Below, piece by piece: positions 46,062-56,678 of a DNA stretch of 64,000 bases. Within the stretch, counting starts at the first letter, position 1; the number at the start of each line of letters is the position of its first letter. The notes beneath the pieces are model-generated. The model was not told the DNA's origin and ran no database searches. It worked only from the letters and a program-made list of their open reading frames with translations. The position numbers and the translations under genes are program-made. The DNA is from Candidatus Anderseniibacteriota bacterium (lineage in GTDB: Bacteria > Patescibacteriota > Andersenbacteria > UBA10190): the NCBI GenBank assembly GCA_040900375.1, contig JBBDZC010000008.1, positions 66,182-130,181 of the forward strand. Reading direction: 5' to 3'.

Positions 46062-47273
46062 ATGCCTGATACTTCATCTACCCCGCAGCTCCAGCCCGTG
46101 CCGGGACCCAGTAGTACCGCCCAGCCGGCGCGTGTTGGCGGCCCCCAGCCGCTCAAGAAGCTGCCGCGCTGGAACCGTAAGAAAATAACGATTATTGCAG
46201 GCGTTGTCACCCTGGTACTGTTGGGTGTCATTGGCGGGTATACAGCGTGGCGTTCATTTGCCTCGGTCAGCGAGGATTCAGGAGTTTTTGGTAACCTGCC
46301 GTTTGCTGAAGATCGCGCGGCGCAACTTGCAGAAGAGCGTAAGGCGACGATGAGCGGCTTGTCCGGGGTCGCGTGTGCGCATCCTGACCGGCGGGCGATT
46401 GGCGTAATGCTGGCAGGGGATCCTATTAATCGTCCCATGTCTGGTTTTTCCCAGGCTGATATGGTGTGGGAGCTGCCGGTGTTAACGAGTAATGTGACGC
46501 GCTTGCTGGCGGTGTATCAGTGTGGCGAGCCGGCAGATGTCGGCTCGGTGCGTTCTGCTCGCCATGACTATCTTTTTCTCGCGGATGGCATTGATGCAAT
46601 CGTGGCCCATTGGGGCGGGAGCTACCATGCCCTCAACCGCATCGCGGTCGGGGAGTTTCAGACGCTGAATGCGCTCACTAATCCCCATAATGCGTTCTTC
46701 CGTAAAAGCCATCTGCCGGCTCCCTATAACGGCTTCACGACGTACGAGCGTTTGTGGAATGCTCTGCAGCAACTAGGTTACCGCACGACCACTAACTTCA
46801 AGGGCTATGATTTTAAAGATGATATTCCCGCGAGCGAACGGATTGCCGGCGGCAAGCTATCAGTTGGTTGGCCCGGCCAATACCAAGTAAGCTACGAGTA
46901 TGATCCGGCGACCAATCGATACGTTCGGTACTGGGCGGGGGTGCGGCAAGTAGATGAGGCCGATAAGCAAATAGTGGCGCCGAGCGCAGTCGCAATTGCG
47001 CGCGCGCCGAACCAGTTTGCTGATGGGCCGGGCGGGTACAACGAGGTAGGGATTGAAGGTGAAGGCGCCCTCGAAGTTTACCAAGACGGCAAGATGATTA
47101 AAGGGACCTGGAAGAAAAATCCCCTCGATCCGAAAGATCCTGTTCATTTCTTAAATGAACAAGGTGAGCCGATTATTTTTACGCGAGGCCAAGTGTGGGT
47201 GATGACACCGGATACCACGATTGCGGTGATCTGGGAACCCCACCAGATAGGAGTGCCGGCGACGCCTGGCTAA
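46062..47273 (+). CDS. DUF3048 (YerB-like) membrane-anchored protein
   Basis: P.SG.SQAD.VWE, TR.LA.Y, G.VRSAR, H.GGS, AP.N, G.A...DGK...G.W.K, G..WV. Confidence 0.85.
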   Translation: MPDTSSTPQLQPVPGPSSTAQPARVGGPQPLKKLPRWNRKKITIIAGVVTLVLLGVIGGYTAWRSFASVSEDSGVFGNLPFAEDRAAQLAEERKATMSGLSGVACAHPDRRAIGVMLAGDPINRPMSGFSQADMVWELPVLTSNVTRLLAVYQCGEPADVGSVRSARHDYLFLADGIDAIVAHWGGSYHALNRIAVGEFQTLNALTNPHNAFFRKSHLPAPYNGFTTYERLWNALQQLGYRTTTNFKGYDFKDDIPASERIAGGKLSVGWPGQYQVSYEYDPATNRYVRYWAGVRQVDEADKQIVAPSAVAIARAPNQFADGPGGYNEVGIEGEGALEVYQDGKMIKGTWKKNPLDPKDPVHFLNEQGEPIIFTRGQVWVMTPDTTIAVIWEPHQIGVPATPG

Positions 47274-47301
47274 GGCTTAGGGCTGCCAGGAAGCGCGCAT
47301 C

Positions 47302-48225
47302 ATGATTAGTTATTTTTACGGAGAAGATACATATCGAGCCCACGGCGCGATTGCCGCGATAGCGGAAAAACAAACAGCGCGGATTTATTGGCTGACTCGC
47401 GGTGACCTCGAAGCCCGCCCCCTGGCAGAAATACTTAGCCAAGGCAGCAGTCTGTTTGGACAGTACTTGTTTGTGATCCAAGATGCCGCGGCCTTTCCTT
47501 TACCCTTGCAGGAAGCGGTGATAGCGGCGAGTCAGGGGACAGCTGCCGGTATTGTGTGGGATCGCGGGGCGCCTGATAAGCGCTCGCGCTTGTTTCGACA
47601 TTTTAAAAAAAATGCCCGGGAATTTGTCTACCCCTCACCACCGGTGATGGTGGAATGGTTGGCGCGTGAAGTGAGTCAGCGCGGAGGGGTACTCGAGGAA
47701 GCGGCCGGGATGGTGCTGCTGACACGAGTCGGTTACGATGGCTGGCGGTTACTCAACACGGTGGATCAATTGCTACTCACCCATGATCGGCTCACCACGC
47801 GCGTGGTGAGCGACGCGCTGCCAGTGAAAGGCGAAGCAGAAATTTTTGCTGCCTTGCAAGCGGTGGCGCAGGGGAATGAGCACCATGCCTTACACCACAT
47901 TGAAGGCCTGTTGCAGGCCGGCAGCAGTGAGTTCTACATTATCTCGATGCTGGCCTATCAGCTGCGGACGCTGGTGCTGATTCGCCGAGGCCTGGCGCGC
48001 CAGCTGACTGCGCCCGCGATTGCGCAGGAGCAGGGGCTTCATCCTTATGTTGTTCAGAAAAATATGGCGCTGGCGCGGCAGTTTTCTCCAACTGTGCTGC
48101 TCGATAATCTCACCAAGATCTTGGCAACTGATTTTGCGATTAAACAAGGAAAAGTCGACCCGCGAACGGGGCTTTATATGTTGGTTATTGCTCTTCTGCA
48201 ACCAGCCCGAGTCGCAGCCGCTTGA
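47302..48225 (+). CDS. holA: DNA polymerase III delta subunit
   Basis: YFYGED, DKRS, IF..L.A, L.YQ.R.L, HPYV..K, D..IK.G; convergent with rpsT. Confidence 0.88.
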   Translation: MISYFYGEDTYRAHGAIAAIAEKQTARIYWLTRGDLEARPLAEILSQGSSLFGQYLFVIQDAAAFPLPLQEAVIAASQGTAAGIVWDRGAPDKRSRLFRHFKKNAREFVYPSPPVMVEWLAREVSQRGGVLEEAAGMVLLTRVGYDGWRLLNTVDQLLLTHDRLTTRVVSDALPVKGEAEIFAALQAVAQGNEHHALHHIEGLLQAGSSEFYIISMLAYQLRTLVLIRRGLARQLTAPAIAQEQGLHPYVVQKNMALARQFSPTVLLDNLTKILATDFAIKQGKVDPRTGLYMLVIALLQPARVAAA

Positions 48226-48238
48226 ACGGGCGCAGTCC

Positions 48239-48505
48239 TTACGCGGCTAATTTGTTGATTGCTGCCTGGAGCCGTGATTTTTTGCGGGCGGCGGCGCGCT
48301 TGGTCAAGATGTGGTGGCGGACAGAGCGGTCGAGTGTTTTTTGCGCGGTGGTGAAAGCGCCTTGGGCCGATTCTTTTTTCCCACTAGTAATAGTATGGCG
48401 AAGTTCTTTAAGGCTCGCTCGGAGCTTACGACGCCAACGATCATTAATAGCCCGGCGGCGTTGACTGACTCGGAGCGCTTTTTTTGCAGCTGATGTTTGC
48501 GGCAT
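48239..48505 (-). CDS. rpsT: 30S ribosomal protein S20
   Basis: P...AAKK.LR...RR..N, LD......AAR.KSRL. Confidence 0.95.
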   Translation of the reverse strand: MPQTSAAKKALRVSQRRRAINDRWRRKLRASLKELRHTITSGKKESAQGAFTTAQKTLDRSVRHHILTKRAAARKKSRLQAAINKLAA

Positions 48506-48612
48506 GCCGTTTAAAGTTTTAGGTAAGAGGCCCGCTGGCGAGAAAGCTTTGAGCTATCGTAGCGGATAGCAGGTAGCTTAGGGGGTGGGGCCGGAAAAGT
48601 CAAAAGCGGCCT

Positions 48613-49506
48613 TTAGAGTATCTTGTGCGGCGAGAGGGTGGCGGACGGCGGGTGGAAGTGACCAATGCCGATAAGATCCCCGTGAGAATCTAGGAGGGCA
48701 AGGGGACTATCTGGCGTTAGGGGATGATTGAGGGAAGACCACGGAATACTTCTCCCCTGCTTTAATTGTGCGACGTTATCTGGCGTAAGGGTGAGGGCGG
48801 GCAAATGTTCGACAAGGACGCGACTTGGTTGTAACAACTGGGGGAAGTTGTGGGCTGTTACTTGCGCCAGCGGCGGCGAATTTTGCACGGTAAATTTGCC
48901 GATTTTTGTCCGCCGCAGCGTCTTTAGGTAGGCGCCGGTCTCCAGGCTTTGTCCGATATCCCGAGCGAGGGCGCGGATATACGTGCCGCGCCTACTGACG
49001 ACCCGTATATCTATATAAGGATAGTGGTAGTGAATAAGTTCGAGCGTCTCAATCGTGACTGGCCGCGGCAGCCGCGGGATGTTCTCCCCTGCCCGGGCGT
49101 ATACATAGAGCCGCTTCCCCTGCCGCTTGAGAGCGGCATATGCCGGGGGCACCTGTTGGATTGGGCCGACAAATTGTTGGAGCGTGGCGGCAACGAGATC
49201 GCGCTGGGGTTGCCGCGCTGATTGAGGCGTGATTTTTCCGGTACCATCATCAGTATCGCTCGTGGCGCCTAAAACAACCGTCGCCTCGTAGGTTTTGGCC
49301 AAGTCATGGGCGTGCTCGGCAAGGCGAGTCGCGCTGCCGACAACCAGGAGGAGGAGGCCGGTAGCAAAAGGATCGAGTGTGCCGGTGTGGCCGATGCGCC
49401 GGATGCCGGTAATGCGGCGCATGGCCGCCACGGCATCATGAGAGGTAATACCGGCTGGTTTATCAATGGCTATGACGCCAGCGATAGTTGGGGGGTGTTT
49501 GGACAT
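48613..49506 (-). CDS. truB: tRNA pseudouridine-55 synthase
   Basis: DKP.G.TSHD, GHTGTLDPFATG, Q.PP.YAA.K..G, GTYIR.LA.D. Confidence 0.97.
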   Translation of the reverse strand: MSKHPPTIAGVIAIDKPAGITSHDAVAAMRRITGIRRIGHTGTLDPFATGLLLLVVGSATRLAEHAHDLAKTYEATVVLGATSDTDDGTGKITPQSARQPQRDLVAATLQQFVGPIQQVPPAYAALKRQGKRLYVYARAGENIPRLPRPVTIETLELIHYHYPYIDIRVVSRRGTYIRALARDIGQSLETGAYLKTLRRTKIGKFTVQNSPPLAQVTAHNFPQLLQPSRVLVEHLPALTLTPDNVAQLKQGRSIPWSSLNHPLTPDSPLALLDSHGDLIGIGHFHPPSATLSPHKIL

Positions 49507-49587
49507 GTCGCTTACTATACGTTAAATTGGCTGTATTATTAATTATTCTTAAGTGTTCTTAAGAAGGCCAGCACCGCACGTTATTTT

Positions 49588-50586
49588 ATGGCAAAACATG
49601 CATTAATCACCGGCATTACCGGTCAAGATGGTTCTTATTTAGCAGAGTTCCTGCTGGAGAAAGGCTATAAGGTTTATGGCCTGGTCCAGCGCCAAGCGAC
49701 TGATCCGTTTGACAACATTCGGCATATTTTAAACGATGTTGAGATTTTTGCCGGCGACCTCGGTGATTCATCGTCGTTACTTAGAGCGGTGGACGTCTCC
49801 CGCCCTGATGAAATTTATAACTTGGCGGCGCAGTCATTTGTTAAAAGTAGCTTTGAACTGCCCGAGATGACGGGCGAGGTGACGGGCGTGGGGGTGACGC
49901 GTCTGCTGGAAGCCATGCGGACGGTGAAGCCAGATGCGCGCTTTTACCAAGCTTCTAGTTCGGAAATGTTTGGTAAGGTGCAAGAAACGCCGCAACGTGA
50001 GACCACTCCCCTATATCCGCGTAGTCCGTACGGTGTGGCGAAGGCGTATGGTCACTACATGACCATAAACTATCGCGAGAGCTACGACTTATTTACCTGT
50101 TCGGGCATTCTCTTTAATCACGAGTCGCCGCGCCGAGGCTATGAATTCGTTACCCAGAAAATTGCCAGCACGGCCGCGTATATCAAGGAGGGTTTAGTGA
50201 AGCAGTTGATCCTGGGGAATCTCGAGGCGCAGCGTGACTGGGGATTTGCTGGGGACTACGTGGAAGCGATGTGGCTTATGCTGCAGCAAGACACGGCTGA
50301 TGATTATGTGGTGGGGACGGGCGAGACGCATTCAGTCCGCGAATTTCTCGATGTTGCGTTTCAGCACCTGGATTTGGATTGGCACGATTACGTGCGCAGT
50401 GACGAGCGGTTCATGCGCCCGGCGGAAGTGGATATTTTAATCTCCGATCCCACCAAGGCGCGTCAGCAATTAGGCTGGCAAGCCAAGGTCAGGTTTCCGG
50501 AGTTAGTCAAGATAATGGTAGAAGCAGCGCGTGAACGCATCGCCCGCATTAAAGCTGGGGAAATTCCTGCCTTACCAATTGCTTAA
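49588..50586 (+). CDS. gmd: GDP-mannose 4,6-dehydratase
   Basis: [44 protein letters not shown]. Confidence 0.97.
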   Translation: MAKHALITGITGQDGSYLAEFLLEKGYKVYGLVQRQATDPFDNIRHILNDVEIFAGDLGDSSSLLRAVDVSRPDEIYNLAAQSFVKSSFELPEMTGEVTGVGVTRLLEAMRTVKPDARFYQASSSEMFGKVQETPQRETTPLYPRSPYGVAKAYGHYMTINYRESYDLFTCSGILFNHESPRRGYEFVTQKIASTAAYIKEGLVKQLILGNLEAQRDWGFAGDYVEAMWLMLQQDTADDYVVGTGETHSVREFLDVAFQHLDLDWHDYVRSDERFMRPAEVDILISDPTKARQQLGWQAKVRFPELVKIMVEAARERIARIKAGEIPALPIA

Positions 50587-50631
50587 GGGGCGGTGGCGCC
50601 TTGATCTTCTCCGATTGAAGACACAAAGCTC

Positions 50632-51609
50632 ATGCCCACGAGTAGCACCATTCTGATCACCGGCGGCGCGGGTTTTGTCGGCCGTCATCTCATTCAGGAG
50701 CTACAGCGCTACCAGCCAGATGTTCGCCTCGTAGTGTGGGATCAAACTCTTGCCGGCTTACCGGCTGGAGTTACGGGCGAGATGATTGATATTACGCAAC
50801 CACGCTCGTATCAAGTAAGTTTAGCGCAGCACCGGCCGGACTGGGTGATTCATCTGGCGGCGGTCAGTGCCGTGGGTGAGAGCCTGCGCGATCCCGGGCG
50901 CGCGCGGCAGATAAATTTTGAAGCCAGCTGTGCCCTGCTGGCAACGGTCGCAGAGGAGAGTCCACCGAGTAAATTGCTGGTGGTCAGTACTGCAGATATT
51001 TATGGTCAAGGGGCGGCCACTCCCCTGCCAGAATTACCGCTCGCGCAAGCCCACCCGCGTAATCCTTACGGACAGACGAAATGGGAAATGGAACAACATG
51101 TTGAGCAGCACTACCTTGATCGGGTGATTCGCGTTCGGCCTTTTCCCCATATTGGTCCCGGGCAGCGCCCTGGTTTTGTGACGGCTGACTTTGCCTCACA
51201 AATTGCTGCGATTGAAGCGGGGCAGCAAGAGCCGGTAATGGCAGTCGGTAATTTGACAGCGCAGCGTGATTTCACGGATGTGCGTGATGTGGTGCGGGCG
51301 TATCGGTTACTTCTGCGCCACGGCGTGATGGGTGAGGTTTACCATGTTGCCTCGGGCCAGGCGGTGAGTATCAAAACAATACTCGATGAGTTCCTCGAAC
51401 TTACGACTGCCACCATTACTGTGGCGCAAGATCAAGAGCGCCTGCGCCCAGTTGATGTGCCGATTCTCGTGGGTGACGCGAGTAAACTTAAGGCGGTAAC
51501 TCACTGGCAGCCAGCGATACCGCTTCAGCAATCACTGCACGACATTCTTGAGTGGTGGCGTCATACCCCACCGTCTTACAAATCTAGGGGAACTTCGGCG
51601 ACTCGGTAA
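50632..51609 (+). CDS. GDP-4-keto-6-deoxy-D-mannose reductase (Rmd-like SDR)
   Basis: TGGAGFVG, YGQTK, RPF.HIGPGQ..FV..F..QIA, VGNL...RDFTDVRDV; follows gmd. Confidence 0.8.
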   Translation: MPTSSTILITGGAGFVGRHLIQELQRYQPDVRLVVWDQTLAGLPAGVTGEMIDITQPRSYQVSLAQHRPDWVIHLAAVSAVGESLRDPGRARQINFEASCALLATVAEESPPSKLLVVSTADIYGQGAATPLPELPLAQAHPRNPYGQTKWEMEQHVEQHYLDRVIRVRPFPHIGPGQRPGFVTADFASQIAAIEAGQQEPVMAVGNLTAQRDFTDVRDVVRAYRLLLRHGVMGEVYHVASGQAVSIKTILDEFLELTTATITVAQDQERLRPVDVPILVGDASKLKAVTHWQPAIPLQQSLHDILEWWRHTPPSYKSRGTSATR

Positions 51610-53249
51610 ACGCTATAATCCTGTTCGGTCAAAAGCCGTGGATAGTGTTGATCGAACCAGGGTTTATTAGCACCATTTTGGAGTTCGGGGGGGCCGATCA
51701 CGACAATGGTAATGTTATTTTTTTGCAGTAAGGTGGCGGTCGTGGTCCCCCCACTAAAAATTTCCCGACTATCGCGAAGGCGCTCCTCGTATTTTCCTTG
51801 CCAGCCTTGACTCCAAAGCCAGCCTTCATAGGCGAGAAAACTGGGTCGGCCGGCATATACAAAAACGGGGTGGTTAAAACTCGGGGCGGTGAGCACAACA
51901 TCATTGGGTTGAGTTAGAGAGCGCACCGCCGCGCCGATTTTTTCGTCAGTGGGCGTGGTGAGGAGCAAGGGGGTTGTCCGGTGGCTCACCGCGCGCATGA
52001 TTTCTAATCCGCCGGATAGACCAAGCACGGGGAGAAGCAGCATGACTGCTAGCTTGCCTCCCCAGTTTTTTTGCTGCCACCAACTGCCGAGTAATGTTCC
52101 CACGGCGATGGCAATGATCAGCCACCCCGGGGCGAAAATTTTAGTGTTGTCCCAATCCCACGGCGCAAAGCGGAAAAGGTTAGCGGCGACAAAAGGCGTG
52201 AGGCTGCTTAAGACAAGCGCTGCCAGAGGGCGATTGTTTTTAAGTAACAGTACCGTAGCGACGGGGGCCAGCAGTATATAGAGACCAATATTTTTAAACC
52301 AGAATATGGGCCAAGTACTATTGGGGGCGAGCCACCCTGGGTGAAGGCCGAGACTAGCGGCACCGGCGCTTGGTTGGAGCAGGCTGATGATGTACCAGCC
52401 GCCTAAGCCGATTGCTAAAGCCGCGCCCGCGATCCACGCCAGCTCCCGCTTAGTGTAGGCACTGGCATGTAGCAGCAGCATCCACCCGAGCCACGACAGC
52501 CAGATGAGCAGGAAAGCGGCCCACGTAAAAGGGTGCAGGAAAGCGAGGAGCAAGCCGCCGATAATAATACTGACGAGGGCATAGTACGATTTCTCTAAGA
52601 AGAATCGCCAACTGACATATAGTAGTCCGACAAAGAGGGGAAAACCGAGTAGATATGCCCGTTGGTGCAGCATCATAATGAAGGGATTGAGAATGACCAT
52701 GTCGGCCTCATGCCACGCGGTAACGCCGTGAGGTAAATTGCGCAAGGCGAGAGTCCAGGCGGTCGGGGCAGCGCGTAGTTCAGCCAAGATCAACCAACCG
52801 CTTAACCCGCCAAAACTGACAAAGAGCAGGGTACTGATGATGGCCGCGGCCCACGACTTGGTCATTTTCCACACGAGCCATTCACAGAGTCCAACGAGCA
52901 ACATCGCGAGGACGATAGTTGGTAGGGAGAAGGCGGCAGCTGTTGGCAGGCCGAGGCGCCATAACCAACCCGAGAGCAAATCAGCAGCAAAGGCATAGCC
53001 CACTGATTCACCAGACAGGACAAAACTTTCTTGGGGCCACCACCCCTGTTCGGCCAAAAATGTACCCACGCGAATATGAAAAAATAAATCTCCCCAGCCT
53101 GTTGTCAGGGCTGTGACGGTGTTATGAGAGGCATCTTGCCAGATGGCGTAGGAGGCCAGATAGCCGGCACCAATGAGGAGCGCTAGGGTGCCGGCTATAG
53201 GCAGCAATGCTCGGAAAGAAAAATGGAAGGGCGGCCGTGCGAGTCGCAT
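51576..53249 (-). CDS. Polytopic GT-C-fold glycosyltransferase-like membrane protein
   Basis: Many TMs, WGD..FH first loop, W.WDN.K, C-terminal soluble GR...Y.GW.WS.G domain. Confidence 0.7.
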   Translation of the reverse strand: MRLARPPFHFSFRALLPIAGTLALLIGAGYLASYAIWQDASHNTVTALTTGWGDLFFHIRVGTFLAEQGWWPQESFVLSGESVGYAFAADLLSGWLWRLGLPTAAAFSLPTIVLAMLLVGLCEWLVWKMTKSWAAAIISTLLFVSFGGLSGWLILAELRAAPTAWTLALRNLPHGVTAWHEADMVILNPFIMMLHQRAYLLGFPLFVGLLYVSWRFFLEKSYYALVSIIIGGLLLAFLHPFTWAAFLLIWLSWLGWMLLLHASAYTKRELAWIAGAALAIGLGGWYIISLLQPSAGAASLGLHPGWLAPNSTWPIFWFKNIGLYILLAPVATVLLLKNNRPLAALVLSSLTPFVAANLFRFAPWDWDNTKIFAPGWLIIAIAVGTLLGSWWQQKNWGGKLAVMLLLPVLGLSGGLEIMRAVSHRTTPLLLTTPTDEKIGAAVRSLTQPNDVVLTAPSFNHPVFVYAGRPSFLAYEGWLWSQGWQGKYEERLRDSREIFSGGTTTATLLQKNNITIVVIGPPELQNGANKPWFDQHYPRLLTEQDYSVYRVAEVPLDL

Positions 53250-53296
53250 CTTTGCAGTATACCAGTCTGTTTTTAATGGCGAAGGGGTAAAAGCTT

Positions 53297-54613
53297 ATGC
53301 TACAGTGGCGACGTATGGTTAGCAAAGCTCTATCACTGGTGTGGCCTAGTCGTCCCTTTCTCATCCTTGTGTCGTGGTTATTACTGGTCCTGGTGCTGAC
53401 TATACTCGTGACCCAGGCTTATCATCCTTCCTGGCGCTCTCATTTACAGGTAGATGTGGTGGTTTTTCAGATGCGGGCACTACACTTTTTACAGCAAGGC
53501 ACGTGGGCCAACGTTGGCTATAACGAGTATCAACCGGGGGCACTATGGTTCTTTGCTTGGCTGGCGTGGCTCACTCCGACCCCGTTTAACTTCGATGCCT
53601 ACTTAACGGTCGTGGTGCTGGTGAACCTAGGATTGATTCTTGCTCATGGGTATTTTTTTAGTCGCTATGGGCATCGGTATGCCCTGCTCTTCTTTGCTAT
53701 TCTCGTGGGGGCGATGGGACCAATCCTCTTCTACCGCTTCGAGCTTATTGTCTCGCTGCTGGTACTAATTGCCTGGAGGTTTTTCCAGAAAAAAAACTTT
53801 CCGCTTGCGGCGACGCTGCTTGGCTTAGCCTGCGCGATAAAAGTTTATCCCGTTATTTTACTACCTTTGTTTATGGCGGAAGCGGTTGCCCGCCGACAGA
53901 TGCGCAATATCATCTGGACGGTCGAGTTTTTTGCTCTCGGTCTAGTGCTACCGGTGGTGTTATTTATTGCCCTCGGGGGATCATTATCAGAGACGTTAAC
54001 GTCAGTTAATGTCCATCAGCTCAAACCGGTCGGTTTAGAGGGTCTATGGGGGACCCTGATTACCCTCGGTCAACAGATCGCGGGGATTCCCTTGCGCATC
54101 ACTCCGAGCTACGGCGTCCATGGGTTCACCCCTGATCTCCCCGGGCTGACCACTGGGTTTTTGAATAATTTTTGGTTGCTACCGTATGGTGTAACCTTGG
54201 CCTATATCTATTGGCGGGGACGCCAGCGGGGTTATAGCGATGCTGGTTTAGCTTTTATGTTAATCCTGGTGTTTGTTTTTTTCTCCAAAGTATTAAACCC
54301 GCAGTATTTGTGGTGGTATATTTCTTTTTTACCTCTCGTGCCTTTGGCTTGGTATGACCGCGGCCGTTGGTCGCTGATCATCCTCACTGCCTGTTTAAGC
54401 CTCGTCATTACCCAAGTTATCTACCCGGTGCGTTACTCGGAGTTTTTGGATTGGTTTAATGGTCGTGGTAGCAATCCGGCAACATTTTACTTAAGCATCC
54501 TGCGCAATGTCCTGATCCTTATCCTAGGCTTGTTTGCTGGCGATGGTATCTGGCGGCACTACCAGAGGACTCGCCACCAACAGCGGGAAGTGTTTACTCC
54601 CGAGGTTACCTAA
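53297..54613 (+). CDS. GT87-like (DUF2029) membrane glycosyltransferase
   Basis: EY.PG, RF(E/D), K.YP, KV..PQY..W; polytopic. Confidence 0.75.
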   Translation: MLQWRRMVSKALSLVWPSRPFLILVSWLLLVLVLTILVTQAYHPSWRSHLQVDVVVFQMRALHFLQQGTWANVGYNEYQPGALWFFAWLAWLTPTPFNFDAYLTVVVLVNLGLILAHGYFFSRYGHRYALLFFAILVGAMGPILFYRFELIVSLLVLIAWRFFQKKNFPLAATLLGLACAIKVYPVILLPLFMAEAVARRQMRNIIWTVEFFALGLVLPVVLFIALGGSLSETLTSVNVHQLKPVGLEGLWGTLITLGQQIAGIPLRITPSYGVHGFTPDLPGLTTGFLNNFWLLPYGVTLAYIYWRGRQRGYSDAGLAFMLILVFVFFSKVLNPQYLWWYISFLPLVPLAWYDRGRWSLIILTACLSLVITQVIYPVRYSEFLDWFNGRGSNPATFYLSILRNVLILILGLFAGDGIWRHYQRTRHQQREVFTPEVT

Positions 54614-56601
54614 AGTTTATTTTTCTTACCGGCATTATGCAGCTGGCGAATCATATCACGTAATTCTGCCGCTCGTTCAAATTCTAAGTTGCGCGCGGCT
54701 AATTCCATTTTGCTCGACAGCTCCTTAAGGGCTCGCTTGCGTTCGTCAGGGGGAATGTCGTCCAGGGATGGCATCTCGTACTCTTCGCGGCGCTTGCCGG
54801 CGAGGCGACTATCGCGAACGGCTTTCACAATGGAGCGAGGGGTGATGCCATGGTCTTGGTTGAACTGCTGTTGTACGGCCCGCCGCCGCTCTGTTTCCTC
54901 GATGGCGACCTTCATCGAACCCGTAATTTTATCGGCGTACATGAGCACTCGGCCATCAAGATGGCGAGCGGCGCGACCCATGATCTGCACCAGCGAGGTA
55001 CTGCTGCGTAAATACCCTTCTTTGTCGGCATCCATAATCGCGATGAGGGATACTTCGGGTAGATCAAGGCCTTCTCGCAAAAGGTTAATACCGACTAGGA
55101 CATCGTACGTGCCAAGGCGCAATTCGCGTAAAATTTCTAGGCGTTCAAAGGTGTCAATATCCGCGTGGAGATATGTCGCTTTCTTACCCATTTCTACGAG
55201 GTACGTTGCCAACTCCTCGGCCATGCGTTTCGTCAACGTGGTGACGAGCACACGCTGCTGTTTGTTAATGCGCTGCTCAATTTCATCAATGACATCGTCA
55301 ATTTGGCCCTGGGTCGGGCGCACTTCTACTTGGGGATCAAGTAAGCCGGTGGGCCGGACAATTTGCTCGACCACCTGGCGCCCGGTGGCGCGCTCATAAT
55401 CAGCGGGGGTCGCGGAAACAAAAATAGTCTGGGAAATTTTGTCTTCAAACTCATTAAATTTAAGCGGCCGGTTATCCAAAGCGCTTGGTAGGCGAAAACC
55501 GTGCTCAATTAATACTGCCTTACGCGCTTTATCGCCAGCATACATGCCCCCGATCTGGGGGATGGTCATATGAGATTCGTCAATAAAAGTGAGGAAATTA
55601 TTGCCGAAAGCATACCGGAAGTAATCCAGTAATGTAGCGCTGGGTTGGCCTGGAGCGCGGCCATCTAAATGACGAGAATAATTTTCAATCCCCGAGACAA
55701 AGCCCAGCTGCTCGATCATTTCCAAATCATAGGTGGTTCTTTCCTGAATTCGTTGGGCTTCGAGCAGTTTTCCTCGGGCGGTGAAGTGGTTAATCTGTTC
55801 TTTAAGCTCGGCCTGGATATTACCGAGAGCGGCTTGCATGCTGGCGGGTGAGGTAATGTAAAATGTGGCGGGAAAGATAGCGGCCTGCTCCACGGAACGG
55901 ATGACTTCGCTGGTCAGGTGATCAAGGTAGTGGAGTTGTTCGAGGCGCGGGCCAAAAAATTCGAGACGTAAAATAGTTTCTTCGCCGGCAGGATGAATAT
56001 CCACGACATCGCCACGCACGCGGAATGTGCCGCGGGTTAAATCAGTATCATTGCGAGTGTATTGGAGTCGGGTTAAATGCCGCAGCAGCTCTGCTCGTCC
56101 CAGCGTCTGGCCCCTAACAACGGCCAGGCGTGATTCCAAGTAGTCACGGGGCGCGCCGATGCCATAGATGCAGGAGACGGAGGCCACCACGATGACGTCG
56201 CGACGGGTCAGTAAGGACTCCATAGCGGCGTGCCGCAGGCGATCAATCTCTTCATTGATATTGGCATCCTTAGCAATGTACGTATCGGTGCGGGGAATAT
56301 AGGCTTCGGGCTGGTAGTAGTCATAGTATGAGACAAAGTACTCTACGGCATTATCAGGAAAGAACTCTTTGAACTCGGCGGCCAATTGGGCGGTGAGAGT
56401 TTTGTTGTGGCTCATCACCAGTGTGGGTTTCTGCAGGGCAGCAATCACATTGGACATGGTGAAAGTCTTCCCCGAGCCAGTCGTGCCCATGAGAGTTTGC
56501 CGGCTATCTCCCCGGCGAAGACCAGCCACCAGCTGCGCAATAGCTTGCGGTTGGTGCCCGGCTGGCTGGTAGGGGGCTTGGAGAGTGAATTTTTTTGGCA
56601 C
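54610..56601 (-). CDS. uvrB: Excinuclease ABC subunit B
   Basis: G.TGSGKT, HNKTL.AQL, FVSYYDYYQPEAY, DESH, GFRLPSA.DNRPL, INLLREGLD, C-terminal UVR domain. Confidence 0.99.
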   Translation of the reverse strand: MPKKFTLQAPYQPAGHQPQAIAQLVAGLRRGDSRQTLMGTTGSGKTFTMSNVIAALQKPTLVMSHNKTLTAQLAAEFKEFFPDNAVEYFVSYYDYYQPEAYIPRTDTYIAKDANINEEIDRLRHAAMESLLTRRDVIVVASVSCIYGIGAPRDYLESRLAVVRGQTLGRAELLRHLTRLQYTRNDTDLTRGTFRVRGDVVDIHPAGEETILRLEFFGPRLEQLHYLDHLTSEVIRSVEQAAIFPATFYITSPASMQAALGNIQAELKEQINHFTARGKLLEAQRIQERTTYDLEMIEQLGFVSGIENYSRHLDGRAPGQPSATLLDYFRYAFGNNFLTFIDESHMTIPQIGGMYAGDKARKAVLIEHGFRLPSALDNRPLKFNEFEDKISQTIFVSATPADYERATGRQVVEQIVRPTGLLDPQVEVRPTQGQIDDVIDEIEQRINKQQRVLVTTLTKRMAEELATYLVEMGKKATYLHADIDTFERLEILRELRLGTYDVLVGINLLREGLDLPEVSLIAIMDADKEGYLRSSTSLVQIMGRAARHLDGRVLMYADKITGSMKVAIEETERRRAVQQQFNQDHGITPRSIVKAVRDSRLAGKRREEYEMPSLDDIPPDERKRALKELSSKMELAARNLEFERAAELRDMIRQLHNAGKKNKL

Positions 56602-56678
56602 GCTTCGAGCTTACTGGGGCAGCCGCCAGCCTTCAAGTCTAGGTAGCTTCGACTAGTTTTTTGCCGTACGCTACAGAT

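Noticed and set aside
49546-49565. TTCTTAAG-tgtt-CTTAAGAA inverted repeat between truB and gmd
   Set aside because: Short and AT-rich; could be chance, and no second copy was seen
54689-55399. 236-aa plus-strand ORF
   Set aside because: Fully antisense to uvrB, with no recognisable motif
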